Below are positions 23,032-36,507 of a DNA stretch of 64,000 nucleotides, piece by piece. A program made the position numbers and the translations under genes. The notes beneath the pieces were generated by a model that searched no databases, was not told the origin of the DNA, and was given only the letters and a program-made list of their open reading frames with translations. Position 1 is the first letter of the stretch; each line of letters starts with the position of its first letter. The stretch is taken from assembly GCF_003019035.1 (NCBI RefSeq), contig NZ_CP027447.1; one strand, written 5' to 3'. The DNA is from Escherichia coli. Its GTDB lineage: Bacteria > Pseudomonadota > Gammaproteobacteria > Enterobacterales > Enterobacteriaceae.

Positions 23032-23433
23032 ATGTTTGATAGAATATATCTTGGTGATCGAGCAATAAAAAAAATTGAATTTTATTTATGGACTAAACAA
23101 ATTAGAATTCAGGTTAATTTAATCTCAAGGATAGCCTATGGTACAACAGAATGGAATTTTTATGATAATGAAGACTTAGAAGATGGTTATTTGGTATTTT
23201 CAGATGTTAGTTTCTTCAATATAACTCCTAATGGCTCTATTCCTGATGATTATATAATTTCAATAATTACAGATAATGTCAATGTTGAATATTTTGAATC
23301 AACTATAGTTGCAGTTGGACAAATTCCAAATACAAATTCTGGAGACATTGATAATATTGGTGAGTGTCAAATTTTCATCAGGTATAAACACAGCTGGATT
23401 GAGAATAAATTCAAAGAAAAAATAATTGAATAA
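23032..23433 (+). CDS. Hypothetical protein, possible orphan Rhs immunity protein (133 aa)
   Basis: AT-rich ORF with ATG start (gggggtaatATG) between two Rhs remnants; no signal peptide; no recognisable family. Confidence 0.4.
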   Translation: MFDRIYLGDRAIKKIEFYLWTKQIRIQVNLISRIAYGTTEWNFYDNEDLEDGYLVFSDVSFFNITPNGSIPDDYIISIITDNVNVEYFESTIVAVGQIPNTNSGDIDNIGECQIFIRYKHSWIENKFKEKIIE

Positions 23434-23548
23434 CCATGTTATGTATAGACATTTTAGATGGAACGAACCAGAGGAAGGCATGCCTCCGACTTGGGTTATA
23501 TGGGCACGGAGTTTTAGTGTAGTGAACTCAACGACGCAAACCGAATAA

Positions 23549-23739
23549 CCTGCCGCTGGCGCTTATCAGCACGGAAGGGGCAACAGAATGGTGCGCAGAA
23601 TACGATGAATGGGGCAACCTGCTGAATGAAGAGAACCCGCACCAGCTGCAGCAGCTCATCCGCCTGCCGGGTCAGCAGTATGATGAGGAGTCCGGCCTGT
23701 ATTACAACCGCCACCGCTATTATGACCCGCTGCAGGGGC
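23549..23739 (+). pseudogene. Orphan Rhs core 3' fragment, direct repeat of rhsC 20699-20889
   Basis: 191 bp with 2 mismatches versus rhsC (encodes [63 protein letters not shown]); no start codon; diverges after PLQG so the DPIGL motif and tip are lost. Confidence 0.85.
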
Positions 23740-23883
23740 CAGGGAAAGATCACGTAACGCTGCTTTTTTGTACTAAATAATTCGCATTTTATGTTTAAAA
23801 ATTGAGATATTCCTCATTACCTAAAGCTGTTTTTCATTGCTTATACATGATCAAATACTCCTTACATAATTAAGGAGAACAAA

Positions 23884-24732
23884 ATGGAACTTAAAAAATT
23901 GATGGAGCATATTTCTATTATCCCAGATTACAGACAAGCCTGGAAAGTGGAACATAAATTGTCTGATATTCTACTGTTGACTATTTGTGACGTTATTTCT
24001 GGTGCAGAAGGTTGGGAAGATATAGAGGATTTTGGGGAAACACATCTCGATTTTTTAAAACAATATGGTGATTTTGAAAATGGTATTCCTGTTCACGATA
24101 CCATTGCCAGAGTTGTATCCTGTATCAGTCCTGCAAAATTTCACGAGTGCTTTATTAACTGGATGCGTGACTGCCATTCTTCAGATGATAAAGACGTCAT
24201 TGCAATTGATGGAAAAACGCTCCGGCACTCTTATGACAAGAGTCGCCGCAAGGGAGCGATTCATGTCATTAGTGCGTTCTCAACAATGCACAGTCTGGTC
24301 ATCGGACAGATCAAGACGGATGAGAAATCCAATGAGATCACAGCTATCCCGGAACTTCTTAACATGCTGAATATTAAAGGAAAAATCATCACAACTGATG
24401 CGATGGGTTGCCAGAAAGATATTGCAGAGAAGATACAAAAACAGGGCGGTGATTATTTATTCGCTGTAAAAGGAAACCAGGGGCGGCTAAATAAAGCCTT
24501 CGAGGAAAAATTTCCGCTGAAAGAATTAAATAATCCAGAGCATGGCAGTTACGCAATGAGTGAAAAGAGTCACGGCAGAGAAGAAATCCGTCTTCATATT
24601 GTTTGCGATGTCCCTGATGAACTTATTGATTTCACGTTTGAATGGAAAGGGCAGCCATGGACAGAAAATATCTGGCGTCAGTCCTTGCGGGGAGCGTGCT
24701 TTCGTAATTTTGCCCTGCTACAACAGGATTAA
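23884..24732 (+). mobile_element. H-repeat-associated protein / ISAs1-family transposase, apparently C-terminally truncated (282 aa)
   Basis: [52 protein letters not shown] typical of E. coli H-rpt (YbfD/YhhI) proteins; shorter than the full-length family (~378 aa). Confidence 0.75.
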
Positions 24733-24792
24733 CTTCACAAACATCATTTGCCAACGTCTACACTTACTCCTGTTAATATCTCAGGAGCAGTA

Positions 24793-25302
24793 ATGAATCA
24801 GCAACGATTTGATGAAAGCACTCTAATCCGTATCTTCGCGCTTTATGAGTTACATCGACTGAAAGAACATGGCTTAACGCGCGGGGCACTCAACGATTAT
24901 CACAGCCGCTATAAACTCGTCTTTCTGGCCCATTCCCAGTCCGAGTACCGCAAACTTGGCCCGTTTGTGGCTGATATTCACCAGTGGCAAAATCTGGATG
25001 ACTATTACAACCAGTACCGCCAACGCGTAATTGTTTTGCTTTCTCACCCTGCCAACCGGCGTGATCATACTAACGTTTTGATGCACGTTCAGGGTTATTT
25101 TCGCCCTCATATTGATTCCACAGAACGCCAGCAGCTGGCTGCGCTTATCGACAGTTATCGCCGTGGCGAGCAACCACTTCTTGCGCCGCTGATGCGTATC
25201 AAACACTATATGGCGCTTTATCCTGACGCCTGGCTTTCAGTGCAGCGTTATTTCGAACTTTGGCCGTGTGTGATTAACTTGCGCCATTCAGGAGTTTTAT
25301 GA
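24793..25302 (+). CDS. ybgA: DUF1722 protein YbgA (169 aa)
   Basis: ORF 24748..25302 with start MNQQRFDESTLIRIFALYELHRL preceded by GGAG; stop overlaps phr start. Confidence 0.85.
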   Translation: MNQQRFDESTLIRIFALYELHRLKEHGLTRGALNDYHSRYKLVFLAHSQSEYRKLGPFVADIHQWQNLDDYYNQYRQRVIVLLSHPANRRDHTNVLMHVQGYFRPHIDSTERQQLAALIDSYRRGEQPLLAPLMRIKHYMALYPDAWLSVQRYFELWPCVINLRHSGVL

Positions 25303-26717
25303 CTACCCATCTGGTCTGGTTTCGCCAGGATTTACGTCAGCACGATAATCTCGCGCTGGCTGCCGCCTGCCGCAATTCGTCTGCGCGCGTGCTGGCGTTG
25401 TATATCGCTACACCACGCCAGTGGGCGGCGCATAACATGTCGCCGCGTCAGGCTGAACTTATCAATGCTCAACTGAATGGGCTACAAATCGCGCTGGCGG
25501 AAAAAGGCATTCCTTTGCTGTTTCATGAAGTGGATGACTTTGCCGCCAGCGTCGAAATAGTTAAACAGGTGTGCGCGGAAAATCGTGTTACCCATCTGTT
25601 TTATAACTATCAGTATGAGGTGAATGAGCGGGCGCGGGATGTGCAGGCTGAGAGGGCGCTGCGTAACGTGGTGTGTGAAGGATTTGACGACGGCGTGATC
25701 CTGCCGCCGGGGGCGGTGATGACTGGCAATCATGAGATGTACAAAGTCTTTACGCCATTTAAAAACGCCTGGCTTAAACGGCTGCGAGAAGGGATGTCGG
25801 AGTGCGTCGCTGCGCCAAAAGTACGTAGTAGCGGATCGATAGATCCCGCGCCATCCATTACGCTGAATTATCCTCGTCAGCCTTTCGATACTGCGCATTT
25901 CCCGGTGGAAGAGAAAGCGGCGATTGCGCAATTACGCCAGTTTTGCCAGAACGGTGCCGGAGAGTATGAGCAACAGCGAGATTTCCCTGCGGTAGAAGGC
26001 ACCAGCCGTTTGTCCGCCAGCCTGGCAACGGGCGGGTTATCGCCTCGCCAGTGTTTGCATCGCCTGTTGGCGGAACAGCCGCAGGCGCTGGACGGTGGGG
26101 CCGGTAGTATCTGGCTTAATGAGCTGATCTGGCGCGAGTTTTACCGTCATCTGATAACGTATTACCCCTCGCTGTGTAAACATCGTCCGTTTATTGTCTG
26201 GACCGACCGCGTGCAGTGGCAGAGCAATTCCGCGCATTTAAAGGCCTGGCAGGAAGGCAAAACGGGATACCCGATTGTTGATGCTGCCATGCGTCAGCTT
26301 AACAGCACTGGCTGGATGCATAACCGGCTACGGATGATTACAGCCAGTTTTTTGGTGAAAGATTTATTGATCGACTGGCGCGAAGGTGAGCGATATTTCA
26401 TGTCGCAGCTGATTGATGGTGATTTGGCAGCCAATAACGGTGGCTGGCAGTGGGCCGCTTCAACCGGAACCGATGCAGCGCCGTATTTTCGTATTTTTAA
26501 CCCGACAACCCAGGGCGAGAAATTTGACCGCGAAGGCGAGTTTATCCGCCAGTGGCTACCGGAACTGCGCGATGTGCCAGGGAAAGTGGTGCATGAGCCG
26601 TGGAAGTGGGCGCAGAAAGCAGGTGTGACGCTGGATTATCCGCAACCGATAGTTGATCACAAAGAGGCAAGGCTGCGAACGCTGGCAGCGTACGAAGAAG
26701 CGAGGAAAGGAGCCTGA
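25299..26717 (+). CDS. phr: Deoxyribodipyrimidine photolyase (472 aa)
   Basis: MTTHLVWFRQDLRQHDNLALAAA and C-terminal FAD-binding motifs (WREFY, GWMHNRLRM). Confidence 0.95.
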   Translation: MTTHLVWFRQDLRQHDNLALAAACRNSSARVLALYIATPRQWAAHNMSPRQAELINAQLNGLQIALAEKGIPLLFHEVDDFAASVEIVKQVCAENRVTHLFYNYQYEVNERARDVQAERALRNVVCEGFDDGVILPPGAVMTGNHEMYKVFTPFKNAWLKRLREGMSECVAAPKVRSSGSIDPAPSITLNYPRQPFDTAHFPVEEKAAIAQLRQFCQNGAGEYEQQRDFPAVEGTSRLSASLATGGLSPRQCLHRLLAEQPQALDGGAGSIWLNELIWREFYRHLITYYPSLCKHRPFIVWTDRVQWQSNSAHLKAWQEGKTGYPIVDAAMRQLNSTGWMHNRLRMITASFLVKDLLIDWREGERYFMSQLIDGDLAANNGGWQWAASTGTDAAPYFRIFNPTTQGEKFDREGEFIRQWLPELRDVPGKVVHEPWKWAQKAGVTLDYPQPIVDHKEARLRTLAAYEEARKGA

Positions 26718-26758
26718 TAAAACGCAGCGAGCGTTTTATCAGGTATGGTGCTGGCCTA

Positions 26759-28423
<1,665 letters not shown>

Positions 28424-28510
28424 TTAATATGTCAAAAGATTGGCTATCGACGAACAGGCGAGGTAACGCTATGTTAACGGTGTAGCTATCAGAATACGGA
28501 AGGCGCGAAG

Positions 28511-29254
28511 ATGAAAAACACCGAACTGGAACAACTGATTAACGAAAAACTGAACAGCGCGGCGATTAGTGATTATGCGCCGAATGGTTTGCAGGTGGAA
28601 GGCAAAGAGACGGTGCAAAAAATTGTTACCGGTGTCACCGCCAGCCAGGCTTTGCTCGATGAAGCGGTGCGTCTGGGCGCGGATGCGGTCATTGTGCATC
28701 ATGGCTACTTCTGGAAAGGTGAATCTCCGGTCATTCGCGGAATGAAGCGTAACCGTTTAAAAACGTTGCTGGCGAATGATATCAACCTGTATGGCTGGCA
28801 TCTGCCCCTGGACGCGCATCCGGAGCTGGGTAATAACGCACAACTGGCGGCGTTACTGGGGATCACGGTCATGGGCGAAATTGAGCCGTTGGTGCCGTGG
28901 GGCGAACTGACCATGCCTGTGCCGGGACTGGAACTGGCCTCCTGGATTGAAGCGCGTCTGGGACGTAAGCCGTTATGGTGTGGCGATACCGGACCTGAGG
29001 TGGTCCAGCGCGTTGCCTGGTGCACGGGCGGCGGGCAAAGTTTTATCGATAGCGCCGCGCGTTTTGGCGTGGATGCTTTTATTACTGGCGAAGTTTCTGA
29101 ACAGACCATTCATTCAGCCCGCGAGCAGGGATTGCATTTTTATGCTGCGGGTCACCATGCCACTGAACGTGGTGGTATTCGCGCGTTGAGCGAGTGGCTG
29201 AATGAAAATACCGATCTTGATGTGACCTTTATTGATATTCCTAATCCTGCATAA
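28511..29254 (+). CDS. ybgI: Nif3-family metal-binding protein YbgI (247 aa)
   Basis: MKNTELEQLINEKLNSAAISDYAPNGLQVEG; conserved position upstream of pxpBCA. Confidence 0.9.
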   Translation: MKNTELEQLINEKLNSAAISDYAPNGLQVEGKETVQKIVTGVTASQALLDEAVRLGADAVIVHHGYFWKGESPVIRGMKRNRLKTLLANDINLYGWHLPLDAHPELGNNAQLAALLGITVMGEIEPLVPWGELTMPVPGLELASWIEARLGRKPLWCGDTGPEVVQRVAWCTGGGQSFIDSAARFGVDAFITGEVSEQTIHSAREQGLHFYAAGHHATERGGIRALSEWLNENTDLDVTFIDIPNPA

Positions 29255-29276
29255 CGAATAATCAGAGGGATCGAAA

Positions 29277-29933
29277 GTGCAACGAGCGCGTTGTTATCTG
29301 ATAGGTGAAACGGCGGTAGTGCTGGAGCTGGAACCGCCGGTGACGCTGGCTAGCCAGAAACGGATCTGGCGACTGGCGCAGCGTCTGGTGGATATGCCAA
29401 ATGTGGTTGAAGCGATACCGGGGATGAACAATATCACGGTGATTTTACGTAATCCTGAGTCGCTGGCGCTGGATGCCATAGAGCGTTTGCAACGCTGGTG
29501 GGAGGAGAGTGAGGCGCTGGAGCCGGAGTCTCGCTTTATTGAAATTCCGGTGATTTACGGTGGCGCAGGCGGACCGGATTTGGCGGTGGTCGCGGCGCAT
29601 TGTGGGTTGAGCGAAAAACAGGTTGTTGAATTGCACTCCTCCGTGGACTACGTGGTCTGGTTTTTAGGTTTTCAACCGGGCTTCCCGTATCTCGGGAGTT
29701 TGCCGGAACAACTACACACGCCACGGCGCGCTGAACCGCGCTTGCTTGTTCCGGCAGGTTCTGTCGGGATCGGCGGGCCGCAGACTGGTATTTATCCGCT
29801 GGCAACGCCGGGTGGCTGGCAGTTGATTGGTCATACCTCACTCAGCCTGTTTGATCCGGCGCGTGACGAACCCATCTTATTACGTCCGGGAGACAGCGTG
29901 CGCTTTGTACCGCAGAAGGAGGGAGTATGCTGA
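29277..29933 (+). CDS. pxpB: 5-oxoprolinase subunit B (218 aa)
   Basis: ybgJ-like sequence; overlapping operon ybgJKL. Confidence 0.85.
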   Translation: MQRARCYLIGETAVVLELEPPVTLASQKRIWRLAQRLVDMPNVVEAIPGMNNITVILRNPESLALDAIERLQRWWEESEALEPESRFIEIPVIYGGAGGPDLAVVAAHCGLSEKQVVELHSSVDYVVWFLGFQPGFPYLGSLPEQLHTPRRAEPRLLVPAGSVGIGGPQTGIYPLATPGGWQLIGHTSLSLFDPARDEPILLRPGDSVRFVPQKEGVC

Positions 29934-30859
29934 AGATTATTCGTGCGGGCATGTATACCACTGTGCAGGATGGCGGTCGTCACGGTTTTCGCCAGTCGGG
30001 TATCAGCCACTGCGGCGCACTGGATATGCCCGCGTTACGCATTGCTAACCTACTGGTGGGTAATGACGCCAATGCCCCCGCGCTGGAGATCACGCTCGGT
30101 CAGTTAACGGTTGAGTTCGAAACTGATGGGTGGTTTGCTCTGACGGGGGCCGGTTGCGAAGCGCGGCTGGATGATAACGCCGTCTGGACCGGCTGGCGAT
30201 TGCCGATGAAAGCAGGCCAGCGTTTAACGCTTAAACGCCCGCAGCACGGGATGCGCAGTTATCTGGCGGTCGCGGGTGGTATTGATGTTCCGGCGGTAAT
30301 GGGGTCATGCAGTACCGATCTCAAAGTGGGGATTGGCGGGCTGGAAGGCCGTTTACTGAAGGATGGTGACCGACTCCCGATTGGCAAAGCGAAGCGTGAT
30401 TTTATGGAAGCGCAGGGCGTTAAACAGCTGCTGTGGGGCAACCGCATTCGCGCCTTGCCGGGGCCGGAATATCATGAGTTCGATCGCGCCTCGCAGGATG
30501 CATTCTGGCGTTCGCCCTGGCAGCTTAGCTCGCAAAGTAACCGGATGGGCTATCGCTTACAGGGACAAATTTTAAAACGCACCACCGATCGCGAACTGTT
30601 ATCTCACGGTTTGTTACCAGGTGTGGTGCAGGTGCCGCATAACGGGCAGCCCATTGTGTTGATGAACGATGCGCAAACCACCGGTGGTTACCCGCGTATT
30701 GCCTGTATCATTGAGGCTGATATGTACCATCTGGCGCAAATTCCGCTCGGTCAGCCGATTCATTTTGTCCAGTGTTCACTGGAAGAGGCACTGAAAGCAC
30801 GGCAAGATCAGCAACGTTATTTCGAACAATTAGCGTGGCGGCTGCACAATGAAAATTGA
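29927..30859 (+). CDS. pxpC: 5-oxoprolinase subunit C (310 aa)
   Basis: ybgK-like; overlaps pxpB stop and pxpA start. Confidence 0.85.
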   Translation: MLKIIRAGMYTTVQDGGRHGFRQSGISHCGALDMPALRIANLLVGNDANAPALEITLGQLTVEFETDGWFALTGAGCEARLDDNAVWTGWRLPMKAGQRLTLKRPQHGMRSYLAVAGGIDVPAVMGSCSTDLKVGIGGLEGRLLKDGDRLPIGKAKRDFMEAQGVKQLLWGNRIRALPGPEYHEFDRASQDAFWRSPWQLSSQSNRMGYRLQGQILKRTTDRELLSHGLLPGVVQVPHNGQPIVLMNDAQTTGGYPRIACIIEADMYHLAQIPLGQPIHFVQCSLEEALKARQDQQRYFEQLAWRLHNEN

Positions 30860-31583
30860 CCTGAACGCCGATCTGGGCGAAGGTTGTGTCAGCGACGCAG
30901 AGCTATTAACGCTGGTTTCCTCTGCCAATATTGCCTGTGGATTTCATGCTGGCGATGCGCAAATCATGCACGCTTGCGTGCGTGAAGCAATAAAAAATGG
31001 TGTCGCGATTGGCGCTCATCCGAGTTTTCCCGACAGGGAAAATTTTGGTCGCAGCGCTATGCAGCTGCCGCCAGAAACCGTTTACGCCCAGACGCTGTAT
31101 CAAATTGGCGCGCTGGCAGCGATTGCCCGTGCGCAAGGCGGCGTAATGCGTCATGTCAAACCGCACGGCATGTTATACAACCAGGCGGCGAAAGAGGCAC
31201 AACTGGCAGACGCCATCGCCAGAGCGGTATACGCTTGCGATCCGGCATTGATTCTCGTCGGGCTGGCGGGAAGCGAGCTGATTCGTGCAGGCAAGCAATA
31301 TGGCCTGACAACGCGCGAGGAAGTGTTTGCCGATCGCGGTTACCAGGCTGACGGCTCGCTGGTGCCGCGAAGCCAGCCAGGCGCGCTGATTGAAGACGAA
31401 GAACAGGCGCTTGCGCAAACGCTGGAGATGGTGCAACACGGCAGAGTCAAAAGTATCACCGGCGAATGGGCAACGGTCACGGCGCAAACGGTCTGCCTGC
31501 ATGGCGATGGCGAGCACGCACTGGCGTTCGCCCGCCGATTACGAGCTACATTTGCTGAAAAGGGGATTGTTGTCGCAGCATAA
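30849..31583 (+). CDS. pxpA: 5-oxoprolinase subunit A, LamB/YcsF family (244 aa)
   Basis: [36 protein letters not shown] LamB/YcsF motif. Confidence 0.9.
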   Translation: MKIDLNADLGEGCVSDAELLTLVSSANIACGFHAGDAQIMHACVREAIKNGVAIGAHPSFPDRENFGRSAMQLPPETVYAQTLYQIGALAAIARAQGGVMRHVKPHGMLYNQAAKEAQLADAIARAVYACDPALILVGLAGSELIRAGKQYGLTTREEVFADRGYQADGSLVPRSQPGALIEDEEQALAQTLEMVQHGRVKSITGEWATVTAQTVCLHGDGEHALAFARRLRATFAEKGIVVAA

Positions 31584-31618
31584 CCCCGCTTAATAAAGAA
31601 TGAAAAAAGGATATCACC

Positions 31619-32410
31619 ATGCCTGAAGGCCCGGAGATCCGCCGTGCAGCGGATAACCTGGAGGCGGCGATCAAAGGCAAACCACTAACTGATGTCTGGT
31701 TTGCCTTCCCGCAGTTAAAATCTTATCAATCACAACTTATCGGTCAACACGTTACCCATGTGGAAACGCGTGGTAAGGCGTTGTTAACTCATTTTTCCAA
31801 CGAATTAACGCTCTACAGCCATAATCAGCTTTACGGCGTCTGGCGCGTGGTTGATACCGGCGAAGAGCCGCAGACCACGCGAGTATTGCGGGTAAAACTG
31901 CAAACGGCTGACAAAACCATTCTGCTTTATAGCGCCTCGGATATTGAGATGTTGACCCCGGAACAACTGACCACGCATCCGTTTTTACAACGCGTTGGTC
32001 CCGATGTGCTGGATCCGAATCTGACGCCGGAGGTGGTAAAGGAACGATTATTGTCGCCGCGCTTTCGTAACCGTCAGTTTGCTGGATTACTGCTCGATCA
32101 GGCGTTTCTGGCTGGGCTTGGCAATTATTTGCGGGTGGAGATCCTCTGGCAGGTTGGGTTGACTGGAAATCATAAAGCGAAAGATCTCAATGCGGCGCAA
32201 CTGGATGCACTCGCACACGCGTTACTGGATATTCCTCGACTTTCTTACGCTACGCGGGGGCAGGTGGATGAAAACAAATATCATGGGGCGCTGTTTCGCT
32301 TTAAGGTTTTTCATCGTGATGGCGAACCTTGCGAACGCTGTGGCGGCATCATTGAGAAAACCACGCTGTCATCGCGCCCGTTTTACTGGTGCCCTGGCTG
32401 CCAGCACTAG
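31619..32410 (+). CDS. nei: Endonuclease VIII (263 aa)
   Basis: [26 protein letters not shown] Fpg/Nei N-terminus and C-terminal zinc finger CERCGG...CPGCQ. Confidence 0.95.
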   Translation: MPEGPEIRRAADNLEAAIKGKPLTDVWFAFPQLKSYQSQLIGQHVTHVETRGKALLTHFSNELTLYSHNQLYGVWRVVDTGEEPQTTRVLRVKLQTADKTILLYSASDIEMLTPEQLTTHPFLQRVGPDVLDPNLTPEVVKERLLSPRFRNRQFAGLLLDQAFLAGLGNYLRVEILWQVGLTGNHKAKDLNAAQLDALAHALLDIPRLSYATRGQVDENKYHGALFRFKVFHRDGEPCERCGGIIEKTTLSSRPFYWCPGCQH

Positions 32411-33453
32411 GCCGAACGCTTCGGCGCATAGGTTGAAATAAACCGTGCGATGGCAGGCCCCGTCAGCAAAATACTGAACAGGCGTAGGGTTTGCATCGCC
32501 ATGATGAGCGCCATATCGGCATTGCTCCCTGCGGCGATGACCGCCACGGTATCAAGCCCGCCGGGGCTGGTGGCGAGGTAGGCGGTCATAAAATCAATAT
32601 GCATAAACCGGGTCAGCCCCCACGCCATACCCGCACAAATAGCCAGCAGAGCAAAAATCGACAGCAGGATTTGTGGCAGTGGGCGCAATGCCCGCAGTAA
32701 TATTTGCTTATCGAAACCAAGACCAATCCGCCAGCCAATTGCCATATACGCCATCGCCAGCAGCCATTCCGGGAGTTCAATCGTGATGAGCTGACCAGAC
32801 TGGAGCACTGCGCCCGCCAGCATCGGGATGAGCATCGTGCCGGAAGGAAGACGTAGCAAGCATCCCGCCGTACCGGCAACGACCGCGAGCAAAATCGTAA
32901 GCAGGAGATTAATGCTCACTGGCGGGAACCAGACGATCTGCTGGTTAACCGCTTCAGCGTTATCGCCCAGCATCATGCGGGTGACCAGAACAGCGGCTCC
33001 TGCGACGAACAGCACTCGCAGATATTGCATAAACGCCACCAGGCGAATATCTGCGCCGTAATCTTGCGCCATTGCGACCATTGCCGCCGCGCCGCCAGGA
33101 GAAGAACCCCAGGCACCGGTATTTCCAGGCAGTGAGCTATAGCGCACCAATAACCAACCCACGATGGCGCTGGAAAGTAACGTCACCAGTAAAATAGCTA
33201 ACACAATCGGCCAGTTCACCGCTAGCGTGGTCAGGATCGAACCGGTCAGGTTTTGCGCAATCATGCAGCCAAGAATGGCCTGCGCGGCGAGAAAAGCGGA
33301 GCGGGGGAGTTGCAGGGTAACCCCGCGCATACTGAAGATGATCCCGGCGAGCATCGGCCCAAGTAATAGCGCCGCCGGGAGATGTAATCCGAGGAAGCCA
33401 ATAGAAAGTAGAAGTGAGAGCACACATAACATTCCCCACTGCAAAACTGGCAT
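32407..33453 (-). CDS. abrB: AbrB-family membrane protein (348 aa)
   Basis: ORF 32407..33498; start at [23 protein letters not shown]; polytopic membrane protein. Confidence 0.85.
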   Translation of the reverse strand: MPVLQWGMLCVLSLLLSIGFLGLHLPAALLLGPMLAGIIFSMRGVTLQLPRSAFLAAQAILGCMIAQNLTGSILTTLAVNWPIVLAILLVTLLSSAIVGWLLVRYSSLPGNTGAWGSSPGGAAAMVAMAQDYGADIRLVAFMQYLRVLFVAGAAVLVTRMMLGDNAEAVNQQIVWFPPVSINLLLTILLAVVAGTAGCLLRLPSGTMLIPMLAGAVLQSGQLITIELPEWLLAMAYMAIGWRIGLGFDKQILLRALRPLPQILLSIFALLAICAGMAWGLTRFMHIDFMTAYLATSPGGLDTVAVIAAGSNADMALIMAMQTLRLFSILLTGPAIARFISTYAPKRSA

Positions 33454-33604
33454 CCTTCGCTTCCTCATTATTTTCTCTTTGGTGTATCGATACAGCATAA
33501 AGAAAGCTGGGTCTGGAAAAAATAACGGTAATCAAGGAAAAGGGGAAAATCAGCAATAATCTGAATACGTTGCCCTTTCCGGCTGAAAAGGGCGTCGTGT
33601 TAAA

Positions 33605-33979
33605 TCAGTTATAGTTAATCTTAAAAAGTACCACTGTATCGAAGGGACCCGCCGCGATGAGAGTGCCAGGTGTGGACGATAATTCAGCCGTATAGGTTTT
33701 TTCGTAGATCAGCATATCACTGGTGAAATCGGCGTATTCAGCATATTTATTGAATGTATAAGGCGAGGCGTTTTCATCCAGCAAACGTAGCTTCAGACTA
33801 TTACCAATCAACAATGCTTTATCTTCTTCAACCAACGTTTCTTCGGTATAAAAGGAGGAACTGACTTTAAATCCGTCGGTGCATTGGTCATTTTGTGATT
33901 TTGTCGTGTTAATACTGAATGTTTTCGACATTGTGTGGCGGCGAATATCCAGCAGATTAAATTTACCAAAATCAATCAC
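33605..33979 (-). pseudogene. Possible truncated fimbrial-subunit remnant (ybgD-like C-terminal part)
   Basis: ORF lacks a signal peptide but ends with beta-strand-rich fimbrial-like C-terminus ...TVVLFKINYN; region between abrB and gltA is only about 670 bp, so the ybgOPQD fimbrial operon seems absent. Confidence 0.4.
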
Positions 33980-34125
33980 CTGTGTTTCCGGTGAAATATT
34001 TTTTCACCTTATTAATGGGTATTTGCATCTGGTTTAATTTTTACAATTTTTTATGTTCAGCCATATAAAAAGAACCCGCTCTATTAAAGGCGGGTCCGGA
34101 AAGTGAACGGCTTAGCAATCAACCA

Positions 34126-35409
34126 TTAACGCTTGATATCGCTTTTAAAGTCGCGTTTTTCATATCCTGTATACAGCTGACGCGGACGGGCAATCTTCAT
34201 ACCGTCACTGTGCATTTCGCTCCAGTGGGCGATCCAGCCAACGGTACGCGCCATCGCGAAGATCACGGTGAACATAGAAGACGGAATACCCATCGCTTTC
34301 AGGATGATACCAGAGTAGAAATCGACGTTCGGGTAGAGTTTCTTCTCGATAAAGTACGGGTCGTTCAGCGCGATGTTTTCCAGCTCCATAGCCACTTCCA
34401 GCAGGTCATCTTTGGTACCCAGCTCTTTCAGCACTTCATGGCAGGTTTCACGCATTACGGTGGCGCGCGGGTCGTAATTTTTGTACACGCGGTGCCCGAA
34501 GCCCATCAGGCGGAAAGAGTCATTTTTGTCTTTCGCACGACGAACAAATTCCGGAATGTGTTTAACGGAGCTGATTTCTTCCAGCATTTTCAGCGCCGCT
34601 TCGTTAGCACCACCGTGCGCAGGTCCCCACAGTGAAGCAATACCTGCTGCGATACAGGCAAACGGGTTCGCCCCCGAAGAGCCAGCGGTACGCACGGTGG
34701 AGGTAGAGGCGTTCTGTTCATGGTCAGCGTGCAGGATCAGAATACGGTCCATAGCACGTTCCAGAATCGGATTAACTTCATACGGTTCGCACGGCGTGGA
34801 GAACATCATATTCAGGAAGTTACCGGCATAGGAGAGATCGTTGCGCGGGTAAACGAATGGCTGACCAATGGAATACTTGTAACACATCGCGGCCATGGTC
34901 GGCATTTTCGACAGCAGGCGGAACGCGGCAATTTCACGATGACGAGGATTGTTAACATCCAGCGAGTCGTGATAGAACGCCGCCAGCGCGCCGGTAATAC
35001 CACACATGACTGCCATTGGATGCGAGTCGCGACGGAAAGCATGGAACAGACGGGTAATCTGCTCGTGGATCATGGTATGACGGGTCACCGTAGTTTTAAA
35101 TTCGTCATACTGTTCCTGAGTTGGTTTTTCACCATTCAGCAGGATGTAACAAACTTCCAGGTAGTTAGAATCGGTCGCCAGCTGATCGATCGGGAAACCG
35201 CGGTGCAGCAAAATACCTTCATCACCATCAATAAAAGTAATTTTAGATTCGCAGGATGCGGTTGAAGTGAAGCCTGGGTCAAAGGTGAACACACCTTTTG
35301 AACCGAGAGTACGGATATCAATAACATCTTGACCCAGCGTGCCTTTCAGCACATCCAGTTCAACAGCTGTGTCCCCGTTGAGGGTGAGTTTTGCTTTTGT
35401 ATCAGCCAT
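34126..35409 (-). CDS. gltA: Citrate synthase (427 aa)
   Basis: [36 protein letters not shown] and citrate synthase active-site region. Confidence 0.97.
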   Translation of the reverse strand: MADTKAKLTLNGDTAVELDVLKGTLGQDVIDIRTLGSKGVFTFDPGFTSTASCESKITFIDGDEGILLHRGFPIDQLATDSNYLEVCYILLNGEKPTQEQYDEFKTTVTRHTMIHEQITRLFHAFRRDSHPMAVMCGITGALAAFYHDSLDVNNPRHREIAAFRLLSKMPTMAAMCYKYSIGQPFVYPRNDLSYAGNFLNMMFSTPCEPYEVNPILERAMDRILILHADHEQNASTSTVRTAGSSGANPFACIAAGIASLWGPAHGGANEAALKMLEEISSVKHIPEFVRRAKDKNDSFRLMGFGHRVYKNYDPRATVMRETCHEVLKELGTKDDLLEVAMELENIALNDPYFIEKKLYPNVDFYSGIILKAMGIPSSMFTVIFAMARTVGWIAHWSEMHSDGMKIARPRQLYTGYEKRDFKSDIKR

Positions 35410-36117
35410 TTAAGGTCTCCTTAGCGCCTTATTGCGTAAGACTGCCGGAACTTAAATTTGCCTTCGCACATCAACCTGGCTTTACCCGTTTGTTATTTGG
35501 CTCGCCGCTCTGTGAAAGAGGGGAAAACCTGGGTACAGAGCTCTGGGCGCTTGCAGGTAAAGGATCCATTGATGACGAATAAATGGCGAATCAAGTACTT
35601 AGCAATCCGAATTATTAAACTTGTCTACCACTAATAACTGTCCCGAATGAATTGGTCAATACTTCCACACTGTTACATAAGTTAATCTTAGGTGAAATAC
35701 CGACTTCATAACTTTTACGCATTATATGCTTTTCCTGGTAATGTTTGTAACAACTTTGTTGAATGATTGTCAAATTAGATGATTAAAAATTAAATAAATG
35801 TTGTTATCGTGACCTGGATCACTGTTCAGGATAAAACCCGACAAACTATATGTAGGTTAATTGTAATGATTTTGTGAACGGCCTATACTGCCGCTAGGTC
35901 TCCGGAACACCCTGCAATCCCGAGCCACCCAGCGTTGTAACGTGTCGTTTTCGCATCTGGAAGCAGTGTTTTGCATGACGCGCAGTTATAGAAAGGACGC
36001 TGTCTGACCCGCAAGCAGACCGGAGGAAGGAAATCCCGACGTCTCCTGGTAACAGAAAGTTAACCTCTGTGCCCGTAGTCCCCAGGGAATAATAAGAACA
36101 GCATGTGGGCGTTATTC
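35410..36117. promoter_or_regulatory. gltA-sdhC divergent promoter/regulatory region
   Basis: About 700 bp AT-rich non-coding DNA between divergent gltA and sdhCDAB-sucABCD. Confidence 0.7.
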
Positions 36118-36507
36118 ATGATAAGAAATGTGAAAAAACAAAGACCTGTTAATCTGGACCTACAGACCATCCGGTTCCCCGTCACGGCGATAGCGTCCAT
36201 TCTCCATCGCGTTTCCGGTGTGATCACCTTTGTTGCAGTGGGCATCCTGCTGTGGCTTCTGGGTACCAGCCTCTCTTCCCCTGAAGGTTTCGAGCAAGCT
36301 TCTGCGATTATGGGCAGCTTCTTCGTCAAATTTATCATGTGGGGCATCCTTACCGCTCTGGCGTATCACGTCGTCGTAGGTATTCGCCACATGATGATGG
36401 ATTTTGGCTATCTGGAAGAAACATTCGAAGCGGGTAAACGCTCCGCCAAAATCTCCTTTGTTATTACTGTCGTGCTTTCACTTCTCGCAGGAGTCCTCGT
36501 ATGGTAA
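36118..36507 (+). CDS. sdhC: Succinate dehydrogenase cytochrome b556 subunit (129 aa)
   Basis: [34 protein letters not shown]. Confidence 0.95.

Noticed and set aside
23884-24732. Complete insertion sequence or prophage at the H-repeat gene
   Set aside because: Only a truncated transposase-like ORF is present; no inverted repeats, second IS end or phage genes were seen.
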